Below, one piece after another: positions 8,297 through 16,120 of a stretch of 38,726 bases of DNA. The translations under genes and the position numbers were made by a program. This stretch comes from a virus. Taxonomy: Duplodnaviria > Heunggongvirae > Uroviricota > Caudoviricetes. Below the pieces are notes generated by a model that worked only from the letters and a program-made list of their open reading frames with translations, was not told the origin of the DNA and searched no databases. How positions within the stretch are numbered: position 1 is the stretch's first letter; the number at the start of each line of letters is the position of its first letter. The DNA is taken from positions 1-38,726 of IMG/VR virus record IMGVR_UViG_2695420821_000010; one strand, 5' to 3'.

Positions 8297-8896
8297 CTAT
8301 TTGTCCCGGTTGGCTAAGGGATGACACAATTTATTCTTTGTCGCTGATGAGGGAAATTTTTTATAGAGCGTGGACAGACCAATATCAAAAATCAGTGCCA
8401 CGCGTTGACGTGACTCCCCTGCAGCCAGCAAACGCCCGGCCTGCTCCCACTCACTCGCGGTGAGTTTCGGTCGTCTGCCACCAATACGACCTTTGGCTCT
8501 GGCCGCTTCCAGCCCGGCCCGAGTCCGCTCGACAATGAGTTCTCGTTCCATTTCAGCCAGGGCACCCATCACATGAAAGAAAAAACGCCCCATCGGCGTG
8601 CTGGTATCAATAGCATCCGTCAGGCTGCGAAAATTAATGCCGCGTTCGCGCAGCTCCTCAACCAGAATGACCAGATGCCGCATACTACGCCCCAGCCGGT
8701 CCAGCTTCCAGACTACCAGTGTATCCCCCTCCGATAATGTCCTGAGCAGTTTTTTCAGTCCCGGCCTGTCGGACTTCGTGCCGCTGATTTTGTCCTCAAA
8801 AATCCGCTCACATCCTGCGCACTCCAGCGCGTTACGCTGCAATTCCGTGTTCTGGTCATTTGTTGACACGCGTACATAGCCAATAAGCATGAGCAT
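8297..8896 (-). CDS. Serine site-specific DNA invertase (Hin/Gin/Cin/Pin family), copy 1 of 3
   Basis: N-terminal YVRVSTNDQ catalytic-serine motif, resolvase core, C-terminal HTH (GLSTLYKKF); 199 aa with a short C-terminal extension relative to Pin/Gin; occupies the Z/fun position of P2. Confidence 0.9.
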   Translation of the reverse strand: MLMLIGYVRVSTNDQNTELQRNALECAGCERIFEDKISGTKSDRPGLKKLLRTLSEGDTLVVWKLDRLGRSMRHLVILVEELRERGINFRSLTDAIDTSTPMGRFFFHVMGALAEMERELIVERTRAGLEAARAKGRIGGRRPKLTASEWEQAGRLLAAGESRQRVALIFDIGLSTLYKKFPSSATKNKLCHPLANRDK

Positions 8897-8917
8897 CCCC
8901 CTGAATAAAAACCGGAG

Positions 8918-9415
8918 ATGATGCCAGTTACCCGTTATCTCTGCATTTTCATAAACGTTGGTTTGGGAGAAGGTGCTCCAGCTATTGGCGTTCCGTTCTT
9001 CTGGCCGTCCGCTGCAATGCCAAATACTGTAATCGACAGCTGGTCCAGTATGGTGTTTTTGAAGTTCAACGGCGCGAAATTCTCTGCCACTGATTATCCT
9101 GTGCTGGCGAAAGTGTTTCCTTCGCTGGTATTACCTGAAGCCCGCGGTGATTTCATTCGTATCTGGGATGACGGGCGAGGTGCAGACGGTGGTCGCGAAT
9201 TATTAAGCTGGCAGGCAGCAACAGCTTTATCGCAATTTGGCGGTAATTATCCAGAAGGGTCCGGCCATTCGATTGATAATCACGATGGGATATCAGCACA
9301 CCACCCAGGTTTCTCTCGATTTCAGTACACCAGTAACTCAGTAGGAGATGGGGTTAATTTTATTGCCGTCAGACCACGTAACATTGCATTTAACTTTCTG
9401 GTGAGGGCTAAATAA
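8918..9415 (+). CDS. Tail-fibre variable C-terminal cassette A (silent in this copy; coding part begins at the crossover site, approx 8960)
   Basis: Residues after GLGEGA are identical to the C-terminus of H (16120..17403); the [16 protein letters not shown]-terminus is read from invertase-proximal DNA and is not a real start. Confidence 0.6.
   Translation: MMPVTRYLCIFINVGLGEGAPAIGVPFFWPSAAMPNTVIDSWSSMVFLKFNGAKFSATDYPVLAKVFPSLVLPEARGDFIRIWDDGRGADGGRELLSWQAATALSQFGGNYPEGSGHSIDNHDGISAHHPGFSRFQYTSNSVGDGVNFIAVRPRNIAFNFLVRAK
8946..8971. other. gix/hix-like 26-bp inversion crossover site (invertase-proximal), site 1
   Basis: TTTTCATAAACG-TT-GGTTTGGGAGAA: two 12-bp half-sites resembling the TTATCnAAAACC consensus around a 2-bp core; sequence diverges immediately to the right between copies. 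Confidence 0.6.
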
Positions 9416-10008
9416 TGAAACCTGTTTTTGATGAAAATGGACTGGCTACAGTGCCGGGTGATATGCGTTGTTTTTATTATGATGCAGTAACGTATGAATA
9501 TACGGGCTGGTCTGATGAATATATTAATACTGGTGTAAGTATGCCCGCCTGTTCCACTGGTATTGACCCTGGCGAAAACATTCCGGGAAAAGCGGCTGTA
9601 TTTACAGGTAAGGGATGGAGCCATGAAGAGGACCATCGCAATGAGACTGTTTACTCAATCGAAAATGGCGCAGCTGTTACAGTGGGTTATATCGGTGCTA
9701 TCAAAAACGGTTATGTCACGCTTTCACCGTTAACGCCATATGATAAATGGGATGGTGAGAAATGGGTGACAGATACTGAGGCACAACACAGTGCCGCAGT
9801 AGAAGCGGCAGAAGCACAGCGCCAGTCACTGATTGATGCAGCAATGGCTTCCATCAGTCTGATTCAGCTGAAATTACAGGCCGGACGGAAACTGACTCAG
9901 GCAGAAACAACCCGACTTAACGCCGTGCTGGATTACATTGACGCGGTGACGGCAACAGATACCAGCACCGCGCCGGATGTCATCTGGCCTGAACTGCCGG
10001 AGGCGTAG
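9415..10008 (+). CDS. Tail fibre assembly protein (chaperone for cassette A; gpG/U-like)
   Basis: 197-aa ORF immediately downstream of cassette A; the conserved C-terminal motif ([17 protein letters not shown]) is shared with the alternative chaperone. Confidence 0.85.
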   Translation: MKPVFDENGLATVPGDMRCFYYDAVTYEYTGWSDEYINTGVSMPACSTGIDPGENIPGKAAVFTGKGWSHEEDHRNETVYSIENGAAVTVGYIGAIKNGYVTLSPLTPYDKWDGEKWVTDTEAQHSAAVEAAEAQRQSLIDAAMASISLIQLKLQAGRKLTQAETTRLNAVLDYIDAVTATDTSTAPDVIWPELPEA

Positions 10009-10408
10009 GCCATTCAATATCGGGTGCTGTTGAAGTATCAACACGCATCAGCAGCACACGGTATTTCTTCCATTCGGTGAGAGTTGAAGTTTCTTCATCA
10101 GTTGCGATATCAGCATCAACAGCATCCTGACGCCAGGATATTTCACTGTCAGCTTTTTCCCGTAATTGGGATTTTTTAACTTCAGCAATAGCTATTAATT
10201 CCTTTTTGGTCGGCTGAGGAATATCTATCAGTGCTGGTTTTCCATTCAGTGTTCCAATCTGTTTTCCTGGTGGAATATCCATAAATAACTTTTTATGTTC
10301 TTCCTCACTGACTATTACACCATCATCAGGCCACAGACCTGATGCCTCAAATTTTTCTTTCTCCGATATGGGGAAAAAGCCATTTGCTTTAGCGCTCCAT
10401 ACGTACAT
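9980..10408 (-). CDS. Tail fibre assembly protein (alternative chaperone for cassette B; U'-like)
   Basis: 142-aa ORF convergent with the other chaperone; C-terminal [16 protein letters not shown] motif; position equivalent to Mu U'. Confidence 0.8.
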   Translation of the reverse strand: MYVWSAKANGFFPISEKEKFEASGLWPDDGVIVSEEEHKKLFMDIPPGKQIGTLNGKPALIDIPQPTKKELIAIAEVKKSQLREKADSEISWRQDAVDADIATDEETSTLTEWKKYRVLLMRVDTSTAPDIEWPTPPAVQAR

Positions 10409-10409
10409 A

Positions 10410-10745
10410 TCAATACCCCACCGCTATAATGTCCACATTAAATCCCCCGGGACCTGCCTGCCAGATGCTGGCCCCTGTTAATGATTTTGTTTGATGAACA
10501 ACCGCCACATTTGCTGGCGATAGTGTTTCAGTTGTTACAGTACCGATATCATTCCAGTTAATTGAGATGGAATAGTTCGTTGTTGTAAACGACCGGGGGA
10601 AAGTTATGTGTCTTGCATTGGTGCCAACAGGAAATCCAAGATAAACACGCTGAATTATCATTCCTCCAGGTAACATAACCCAGTTAGCACCTTCTCCAAA
10701 ACCAACGTTTATGAAAATGCAGAGATAACGGGTAACTGGCATCAT
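10410..10745 (-). CDS. Tail-fibre variable C-terminal cassette B (silent in this copy)
   Basis: 111-aa ORF whose coding part starts at the crossover site (GFGEGANWV...); the N-terminus is invertase-proximal sequence. Confidence 0.6.
   Translation of the reverse strand: MMPVTRYLCIFINVGFGEGANWVMLPGGMIIQRVYLGFPVGTNARHITFPRSFTTTNYSISINWNDIGTVTTETLSPANVAVVHQTKSLTGASIWQAGPGGFNVDIIAVGY
10692..10717. other. gix/hix-like inversion crossover site, site 2 (inverted copy of invertase-proximal site)
   Basis: TTCTCCAAAACC-AA-CGTTTATGAAAA; reverse complement of site 1 except for the cassette-linked polymorphism. Confidence 0.6.
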
Positions 10746-12010
10746 CTCCGGTTTTTATTCAGGGGGATGCTCATGCTTATTGGCTATGTACGCGTGTCAA
10801 CAAATGACCAGAACACGGAATTGCAGCGTAACGCGCTGGAGTGCGCAGGATGTGAGCGGATTTTTGAGGACAAAATCAGCGGCACGAAGTCCGACAGGCC
10901 GGGACTGAAAAAACTGCTCAGGACATTATCGGAGGGGGATACACTGGTAGTCTGGAAGCTGGACCGGCTGGGGCGTAGTATGCGGCATCTGGTCATTCTG
11001 GTTGAGGAGCTGCGCGAACGCGGCATTAATTTTCGCAGCCTGACGGATGCTATTGATACCAGCACGCCGATGGGGCGTTTTTTCTTTCATGTGATGGGTG
11101 CCCTGGCTGAAATGGAACGAGAACTCATTGTCGAGCGGACTCGGGCCGGGCTGGAAGCGGCCAGAGCCAAAGGTCGTATTGGTGGCAGACGACCGAAACT
11201 CACCGCGAGTGAGTGGGAGCAGGCCGGGCGTTTGCTGGCTGCAGGGGAGTCACGTCAACGCGTGGCACTGATTTTTGATATTGGTCTGTCCACGCTCTAT
11301 AAAAAATTTCCCTCATCAGCGACAAAGAATAAATTGTGTCATCCCTTAGCCAACCGGGACAAATAGCCTGACATCTCCGGCACAACTGAAAATATCACTC
11401 ACCCATTAACCACGGAGTTAAACGGATGAGTGACTATCATCACGGCGTGCAGGTGCTGGAGATTAACGACGGCACCCGCGTCATTTCCACCGTATCCACT
11501 GCCATTGTCGGCATGGTCTGCACGGCCAGCGATGCGGATGCGGAAACCTTCCCCCTCAATAAACCGGTGCTGATTACCAATGTGCAGAGTGCAATTGCAA
11601 AGGCCGGTAAAAAAGGCACGCTGGCGGCGTCGTTACAGGCCATCGCTGACCAGTCAAAACCGGTCACCGTAGTCGTGCGTGTGGAAGACGGCACCGGCGA
11701 CGACGAAGAAACGAAACTCGCGCAGACCGTTTCCAATATCATCGGCACCACCGACGAAAACGGTCAGTACACCGGACTGAAAGCCCTGCTGGCGGCAGAG
11801 TCGGTAACCGGTGTTAAACCGCGTATTCTCGGCGTGCCGGGACTGGACACCAAAGAGGTGGCTGTTGCACTGGCATCAGTCTGTCAGAAGCTGCGCGCTT
11901 TCGGGTATATCAGCGCATGGGACTGTAAAACCATTTCCGAGGTGAAAGCCTACCGCCAGAATTTCAGCCAGCGTGAGCTGATGGTCATCTGGCCGGATTT
12001 CCTCGCATGG
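10699..12010. repeat. Inverted copy (~1.3 kb) of 7653-8964: invertase, site and FI 5' end
   Basis: Identical ORF translations on the opposite strand; coordinates of the two arms sum to 19663. Confidence 0.85.
10767..11366 (+). CDS. Serine DNA invertase, copy 2 of 3 (inverted orientation)
   Basis: Protein identical to the 8297..8896 product; lies within the ~1.3 kb inverted repeat. Confidence 0.9.
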   Translation: MLMLIGYVRVSTNDQNTELQRNALECAGCERIFEDKISGTKSDRPGLKKLLRTLSEGDTLVVWKLDRLGRSMRHLVILVEELRERGINFRSLTDAIDTSTPMGRFFFHVMGALAEMERELIVERTRAGLEAARAKGRIGGRRPKLTASEWEQAGRLLAAGESRQRVALIFDIGLSTLYKKFPSSATKNKLCHPLANRDK

Positions 12011-12012
12011 GA
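11426..12012 (+). pseudogene. FI: Truncated tail sheath FI fragment (N-terminal ~195 codons) ending at a rearrangement junction
   Basis: ORF 11426..12376 matches FI for residues 1-195 (to ...[11 protein letters not shown]) and then reads antisense-E sequence ([10 protein letters not shown]...); junction approx 12011-12016. Confidence 0.8.
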
Positions 12013-12055
12013 TACACCGCCATCAGGTCATCGACCGAGAGATTTTTCGGAAACG

Positions 12056-12331
12056 TCACTGCACCGAGTTCGGCGACAAAAAACCGACCACCTTACCGGC
12101 CAGCGCCACAAGGTCAGGCAGTTCCAGTGCGGCGACCTCCTGCTCGGTCAGCATCGGTGCCGTCATGCGCGGCAGCACCTTAATCAGTGCATCGACTTCG
12201 GAGTTCGCGACCGCTGCCAGACTGACACCGCGCAGCGTCCCCGCACTGGGTTTCATCAGCGTGACCTGTTCGATAACCTGCTCACCACGCTTGACCGGAT
12301 TGTCCAGGGTAATCACATTTTCTTTGTTCAT
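12056..12331 (-). CDS. E: Tail assembly chaperone E, copy 2 (E intact; the E' frameshift extension is disrupted by the junction)
   Basis: Identical 91-aa product; direct-repeat offset of 5872 bp from copy 1; only ~43 nt of the E' extension remain before the junction. Confidence 0.8.
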   Translation of the reverse strand: MNKENVITLDNPVKRGEQVIEQVTLMKPSAGTLRGVSLAAVANSEVDALIKVLPRMTAPMLTEQEVAALELPDLVALAGKVVGFLSPNSVQ

Positions 12332-12387
12332 GGTTTTCTCACTTCTGAATCAGGGTTAACCGGTCAGCCTGGCTGACCGGATGAAAA

Positions 12388-12906
12388 TCACAGGCCGATA
12401 TTGCGGCGGTGTTGCTCCAGCCGGTCGACGCCGTTCACCTTCTCAATCATGTTGATGGTGTCGATTTCGACCAGCTCCTTACCGTCCATCGTCAGCCGGA
12501 AATAGGTGCAGACCACGGAGATTTTCGACTCGGTGTCTTCTCCCTGTTTGCCCTCGCCGGTGTCGATTTCTTTCTGACGTCCACGCATGACCACCTCGAC
12601 GGCCACCGTTTCGCCGGTATCGTCGCGCTGGTAAGAGCCTGCAAAACGAATCGGTACGGCATCCACACCGGTTGCGGCGTAAAGCTCCCAGATAACCGAA
12701 TCCGGGAAGCCACCGAGCGACCACTCCATTGACAGCGCATCGTCATCAAGGCCGAGGTCTACCGGTGCGCTGCCGTTCATCCCCGCACCGCGATAGTTTT
12801 CGAGCTTACGGGTCAGTTTTGGTAGCGTGACGGACTTCGCGACGCCCTGATAGCTGTAGCCGTTCAGAAAGACGTTCATTAACTTGAGTTTGCGCGGCAT
12901 TGCCAT
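12388..12906 (-). CDS. FII: Tail tube protein FII, copy 2
   Basis: Identical 172-aa product to 6516..7034. Confidence 0.9.
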   Translation of the reverse strand: MAMPRKLKLMNVFLNGYSYQGVAKSVTLPKLTRKLENYRGAGMNGSAPVDLGLDDDALSMEWSLGGFPDSVIWELYAATGVDAVPIRFAGSYQRDDTGETVAVEVVMRGRQKEIDTGEGKQGEDTESKISVVCTYFRLTMDGKELVEIDTINMIEKVNGVDRLEQHRRNIGL

Positions 12907-12918
12907 CGGTCAGGCTCC

Positions 12919-14109
12919 TTAATTGCTGTTAACCGAAGTGACCAGATTTGCCAGGTATTTATCGGTAATACGCTGGCGCAGGGTCAGGTTTTCAAGAGGA
13001 GGCACCGGTGTATAGTCGTAGTCGATATACAGTTTTCCGGCCTTGAGGGTTTCCGCATCGTTGGATTCTTCGCTAAACCAGCAGGTCGCATCCACGATAT
13101 AGCCGTTTGTTTTCAGCTCACGGAATTTGGCATTGATGCCGTCAACGATGTCACGAATCAGCGTTGCGGTGATGGGCTTGTCCACCGCCCACATGTGCGC
13201 CTCAGCCATCGTGTCGGCCAGCACCTGCGCGGTGCGGGTATAGTTTTCAAAGAGGAACAGCGGGTCATCAGAGCAGGTACGGTTACCCCAGAAGCGGAAA
13301 CCGTCGCGGCGAATCAGCGTTGTGACGCCTGACTCGTTAAGCAGGTCAGCATCGGTGCCGGACTCCTGCAAATCCCAGAATACAGATGCGCTGATGCCGG
13401 TAACACCATTCACCCCGACATTGGACAGCGTTTTATGCCAGCCCTGCTCCTGGTCGATTTTAGCGCGCAGACCCAGCGCACGGGCGGTGGCATACGCGGT
13501 GGCGGTGGTACTGGTGACCGTATCCCATGCGAGGAAATCCGGCCAGATGACCATCAGCTCACGCTGGCTGAAATTCTGGCGGTAGGCTTTCACCTCGGAA
13601 ATGGTTTTACAGTCCCATGCGCTGATATACCCGAAAGCGCGCAGCTTCTGACAGACTGATGCCAGTGCAACAGCCACCTCTTTGGTGTCCAGTCCCGGCA
13701 CGCCGAGAATACGCGGTTTAACACCGGTTACCGACTCTGCCGCCAGCAGGGCTTTCAGTCCGGTGTACTGACCGTTTTCGTCGGTGGTGCCGATGATATT
13801 GGAAACGGTCTGCGCGAGTTTCGTTTCTTCGTCGTCGCCGGTGCCGTCTTCCACACGCACGACTACGGTGACCGGTTTTGACTGGTCAGCGATGGCCTGT
13901 AACGACGCCGCCAGCGTGCCTTTTTTACCGGCCTTTGCAATTGCACTCTGCACATTGGTAATCAGCACCGGTTTATTGAGGGGGAAGGTTTCCGCATCCG
14001 CATCGCTGGCCGTGCAGACCATGCCGACAATGGCAGTGGATACGGTGGAAATGACGCGGGTGCCGTCGTTAATCTCCAGCACCTGCACGCCGTGATGATA
14101 GTCACTCAT
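12919..14109 (-). CDS. FI: Tail sheath protein FI, copy 2
   Basis: Identical 396-aa product to 7047..8237. Confidence 0.9.
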   Translation of the reverse strand: MSDYHHGVQVLEINDGTRVISTVSTAIVGMVCTASDADAETFPLNKPVLITNVQSAIAKAGKKGTLAASLQAIADQSKPVTVVVRVEDGTGDDEETKLAQTVSNIIGTTDENGQYTGLKALLAAESVTGVKPRILGVPGLDTKEVAVALASVCQKLRAFGYISAWDCKTISEVKAYRQNFSQRELMVIWPDFLAWDTVTSTTATAYATARALGLRAKIDQEQGWHKTLSNVGVNGVTGISASVFWDLQESGTDADLLNESGVTTLIRRDGFRFWGNRTCSDDPLFLFENYTRTAQVLADTMAEAHMWAVDKPITATLIRDIVDGINAKFRELKTNGYIVDATCWFSEESNDAETLKAGKLYIDYDYTPVPPLENLTLRQRITDKYLANLVTSVNSN

Positions 14110-14168
14110 CCGTTTAACTCCGTGGTTAATGGGTGAGTGATATTTTCAGTTGTGCCGGAGATGTCAGG

Positions 14169-14768
14169 CTATTTGTCCCGGTTGGCTAAGGGATGACACA
14201 ATTTATTCTTTGTCGCTGATGAGGGAAATTTTTTATAGAGCGTGGACAGACCAATATCAAAAATCAGTGCCACGCGTTGACGTGACTCCCCTGCAGCCAG
14301 CAAACGCCCGGCCTGCTCCCACTCACTCGCGGTGAGTTTCGGTCGTCTGCCACCAATACGACCTTTGGCTCTGGCCGCTTCCAGCCCGGCCCGAGTCCGC
14401 TCGACAATGAGTTCTCGTTCCATTTCAGCCAGGGCACCCATCACATGAAAGAAAAAACGCCCCATCGGCGTGCTGGTATCAATAGCATCCGTCAGGCTGC
14501 GAAAATTAATGCCGCGTTCGCGCAGCTCCTCAACCAGAATGACCAGATGCCGCATACTACGCCCCAGCCGGTCCAGCTTCCAGACTACCAGTGTATCCCC
14601 CTCCGATAATGTCCTGAGCAGTTTTTTCAGTCCCGGCCTGTCGGACTTCGTGCCGCTGATTTTGTCCTCAAAAATCCGCTCACATCCTGCGCACTCCAGC
14701 GCGTTACGCTGCAATTCCGTGTTCTGGTCATTTGTTGACACGCGTACATAGCCAATAAGCATGAGCAT
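14169..14768 (-). CDS. Serine DNA invertase, copy 3 of 3
   Basis: Identical 199-aa product; this copy is adjacent to the segment that is joined to H (canonical arrangement). Confidence 0.9.
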   Translation of the reverse strand: MLMLIGYVRVSTNDQNTELQRNALECAGCERIFEDKISGTKSDRPGLKKLLRTLSEGDTLVVWKLDRLGRSMRHLVILVEELRERGINFRSLTDAIDTSTPMGRFFFHVMGALAEMERELIVERTRAGLEAARAKGRIGGRRPKLTASEWEQAGRLLAAGESRQRVALIFDIGLSTLYKKFPSSATKNKLCHPLANRDK

Positions 14769-14789
14769 CCCCCTGAATAAAAACCGGAG

Positions 14790-15125
14790 ATGATGCCAGT
14801 TACCCGTTATCTCTGCATTTTCATAAACGTTGGTTTTGGAGAAGGTGCTAACTGGGTTATGTTACCTGGAGGAATGATAATTCAGCGTGTTTATCTTGGA
14901 TTTCCTGTTGGCACCAATGCAAGACACATAACTTTCCCCCGGTCGTTTACAACAACGAACTATTCCATCTCAATTAACTGGAATGATATCGGTACTGTAA
15001 CAACTGAAACACTATCGCCAGCAAATGTGGCGGTTGTTCATCAAACAAAATCATTAACAGGGGCCAGCATCTGGCAGGCAGGTCCCGGGGGATTTAATGT
15101 GGACATTATAGCGGTGGGGTATTGA
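14790..15125 (+). CDS. Tail-fibre variable C-terminal cassette B (silent, awaiting inversion)
   Basis: Identical to the 10410..10745 product. Confidence 0.6.
   Translation: MMPVTRYLCIFINVGFGEGANWVMLPGGMIIQRVYLGFPVGTNARHITFPRSFTTTNYSISINWNDIGTVTTETLSPANVAVVHQTKSLTGASIWQAGPGGFNVDIIAVGY
14818..14843. other. gix/hix-like inversion crossover site, site 3 (invertase-proximal)
   Basis: TTTTCATAAACG-TT-GGTTTTGGAGAA; same position relative to the invertase as site 1. Confidence 0.6.
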
Positions 15126-15126
15126 T

Positions 15127-15555
15127 ATGTACGTATGGAGCGCTAAAGCAAATGGCTTTTTCCCCATATCGGAGAAAGAAAAATTTGAGGCATCAGGTCT
15201 GTGGCCTGATGATGGTGTAATAGTCAGTGAGGAAGAACATAAAAAGTTATTTATGGATATTCCACCAGGAAAACAGATTGGAACACTGAATGGAAAACCA
15301 GCACTGATAGATATTCCTCAGCCGACCAAAAAGGAATTAATAGCTATTGCTGAAGTTAAAAAATCCCAATTACGGGAAAAAGCTGACAGTGAAATATCCT
15401 GGCGTCAGGATGCTGTTGATGCTGATATCGCAACTGATGAAGAAACTTCAACTCTCACCGAATGGAAGAAATACCGTGTGCTGCTGATGCGTGTTGATAC
15501 TTCAACAGCACCCGATATTGAATGGCCTACGCCTCCGGCAGTTCAGGCCAGATGA
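15127..15555 (+). CDS. Tail fibre assembly protein (alternative chaperone for cassette B)
   Basis: Identical to the 9980..10408 product. Confidence 0.8.
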   Translation: MYVWSAKANGFFPISEKEKFEASGLWPDDGVIVSEEEHKKLFMDIPPGKQIGTLNGKPALIDIPQPTKKELIAIAEVKKSQLREKADSEISWRQDAVDADIATDEETSTLTEWKKYRVLLMRVDTSTAPDIEWPTPPAVQAR

Positions 15556-16120
15556 CATCCGGCGCGGTGCTGGTATCTGTTGCCGTCACCGCGTCAATGT
15601 AATCCAGCACGGCGTTAAGTCGGGTTGTTTCTGCCTGAGTCAGTTTCCGTCCGGCCTGTAATTTCAGCTGAATCAGACTGATGGAAGCCATTGCTGCATC
15701 AATCAGTGACTGGCGCTGTGCTTCTGCCGCTTCTACTGCGGCACTGTGTTGTGCCTCAGTATCTGTCACCCATTTCTCACCATCCCATTTATCATATGGC
15801 GTTAACGGTGAAAGCGTGACATAACCGTTTTTGATAGCACCGATATAACCCACTGTAACAGCTGCGCCATTTTCGATTGAGTAAACAGTCTCATTGCGAT
15901 GGTCCTCTTCATGGCTCCATCCCTTACCTGTAAATACAGCCGCTTTTCCCGGAATGTTTTCGCCAGGGTCAATACCAGTGGAACAGGCGGGCATACTTAC
16001 ACCAGTATTAATATATTCATCAGACCAGCCCGTATATTCATACGTTACTGCATCATAATAAAAACAACGCATATCACCCGGCACTGTAGCCAGTCCATTT
16101 TCATCAAAAACAGGTTTCAT
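15527..16120 (-). CDS. Tail fibre assembly protein (cognate chaperone of the currently expressed H C-terminus)
   Basis: Identical to the 9415..10008 product; directly downstream of H on the minus strand. Confidence 0.85.
   Translation of the reverse strand: MKPVFDENGLATVPGDMRCFYYDAVTYEYTGWSDEYINTGVSMPACSTGIDPGENIPGKAAVFTGKGWSHEEDHRNETVYSIENGAAVTVGYIGAIKNGYVTLSPLTPYDKWDGEKWVTDTEAQHSAAVEAAEAQRQSLIDAAMASISLIQLKLQAGRKLTQAETTRLNAVLDYIDAVTATDTSTAPDVIWPELPEA

Larger units (their letters stand above)
6141..8964. repeat. Direct repeat copy 1 (~2.8 kb: E partial, FII, FI, invertase, site); copy 2 at approx 12013-14836
   Basis: All encoded ORFs have identical translations at a constant offset of 5872 bp. 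Confidence 0.85.
8972..10691. other. Invertible tail-fibre segment, copy 1 (flanked on BOTH sides by invertase-proximal sequence; neither cassette is joined to H here)
   Basis: Contains two convergent cassette pairs (variable tail-fibre C-terminus plus chaperone); exact reverse complement of segment copy 2 at approx 14844-16563. Confidence 0.75.

Noticed and set aside
8278-8463. 61-aa ORF (also at 11200..11385 and 14150..14335) overlapping the invertase 3' end
   Set aside because: Antisense to the invertase coding sequence and triplicated only because the invertase region is repeated.
8598-8879. 93-aa ORF antisense within each invertase copy (also 10784..11065 and 14470..14751)
   Set aside because: Ser/Arg-rich reverse-frame translation of a confidently identified recombinase gene.
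8918-8959. [15 protein letters not shown]... N-termini of the silent tail-fibre cassettes as real translation starts
   Set aside because: This stretch is the reverse complement of the invertase-proximal site region; cassettes are expressed only when fused to the H constant region.
9322-9636. 104-aa minus-strand ORF (also 15899..16213) spanning the cassette A/chaperone junction
   Set aside because: Antisense to two well-supported genes; AT-rich low-complexity translation.
11426-12376. 316-aa ORF on the plus strand
   Set aside because: Chimeric: the first 195 residues are the FI N-terminus, the remainder is antisense of E across the rearrangement junction; annotated as a truncated pseudogene, not a gene.
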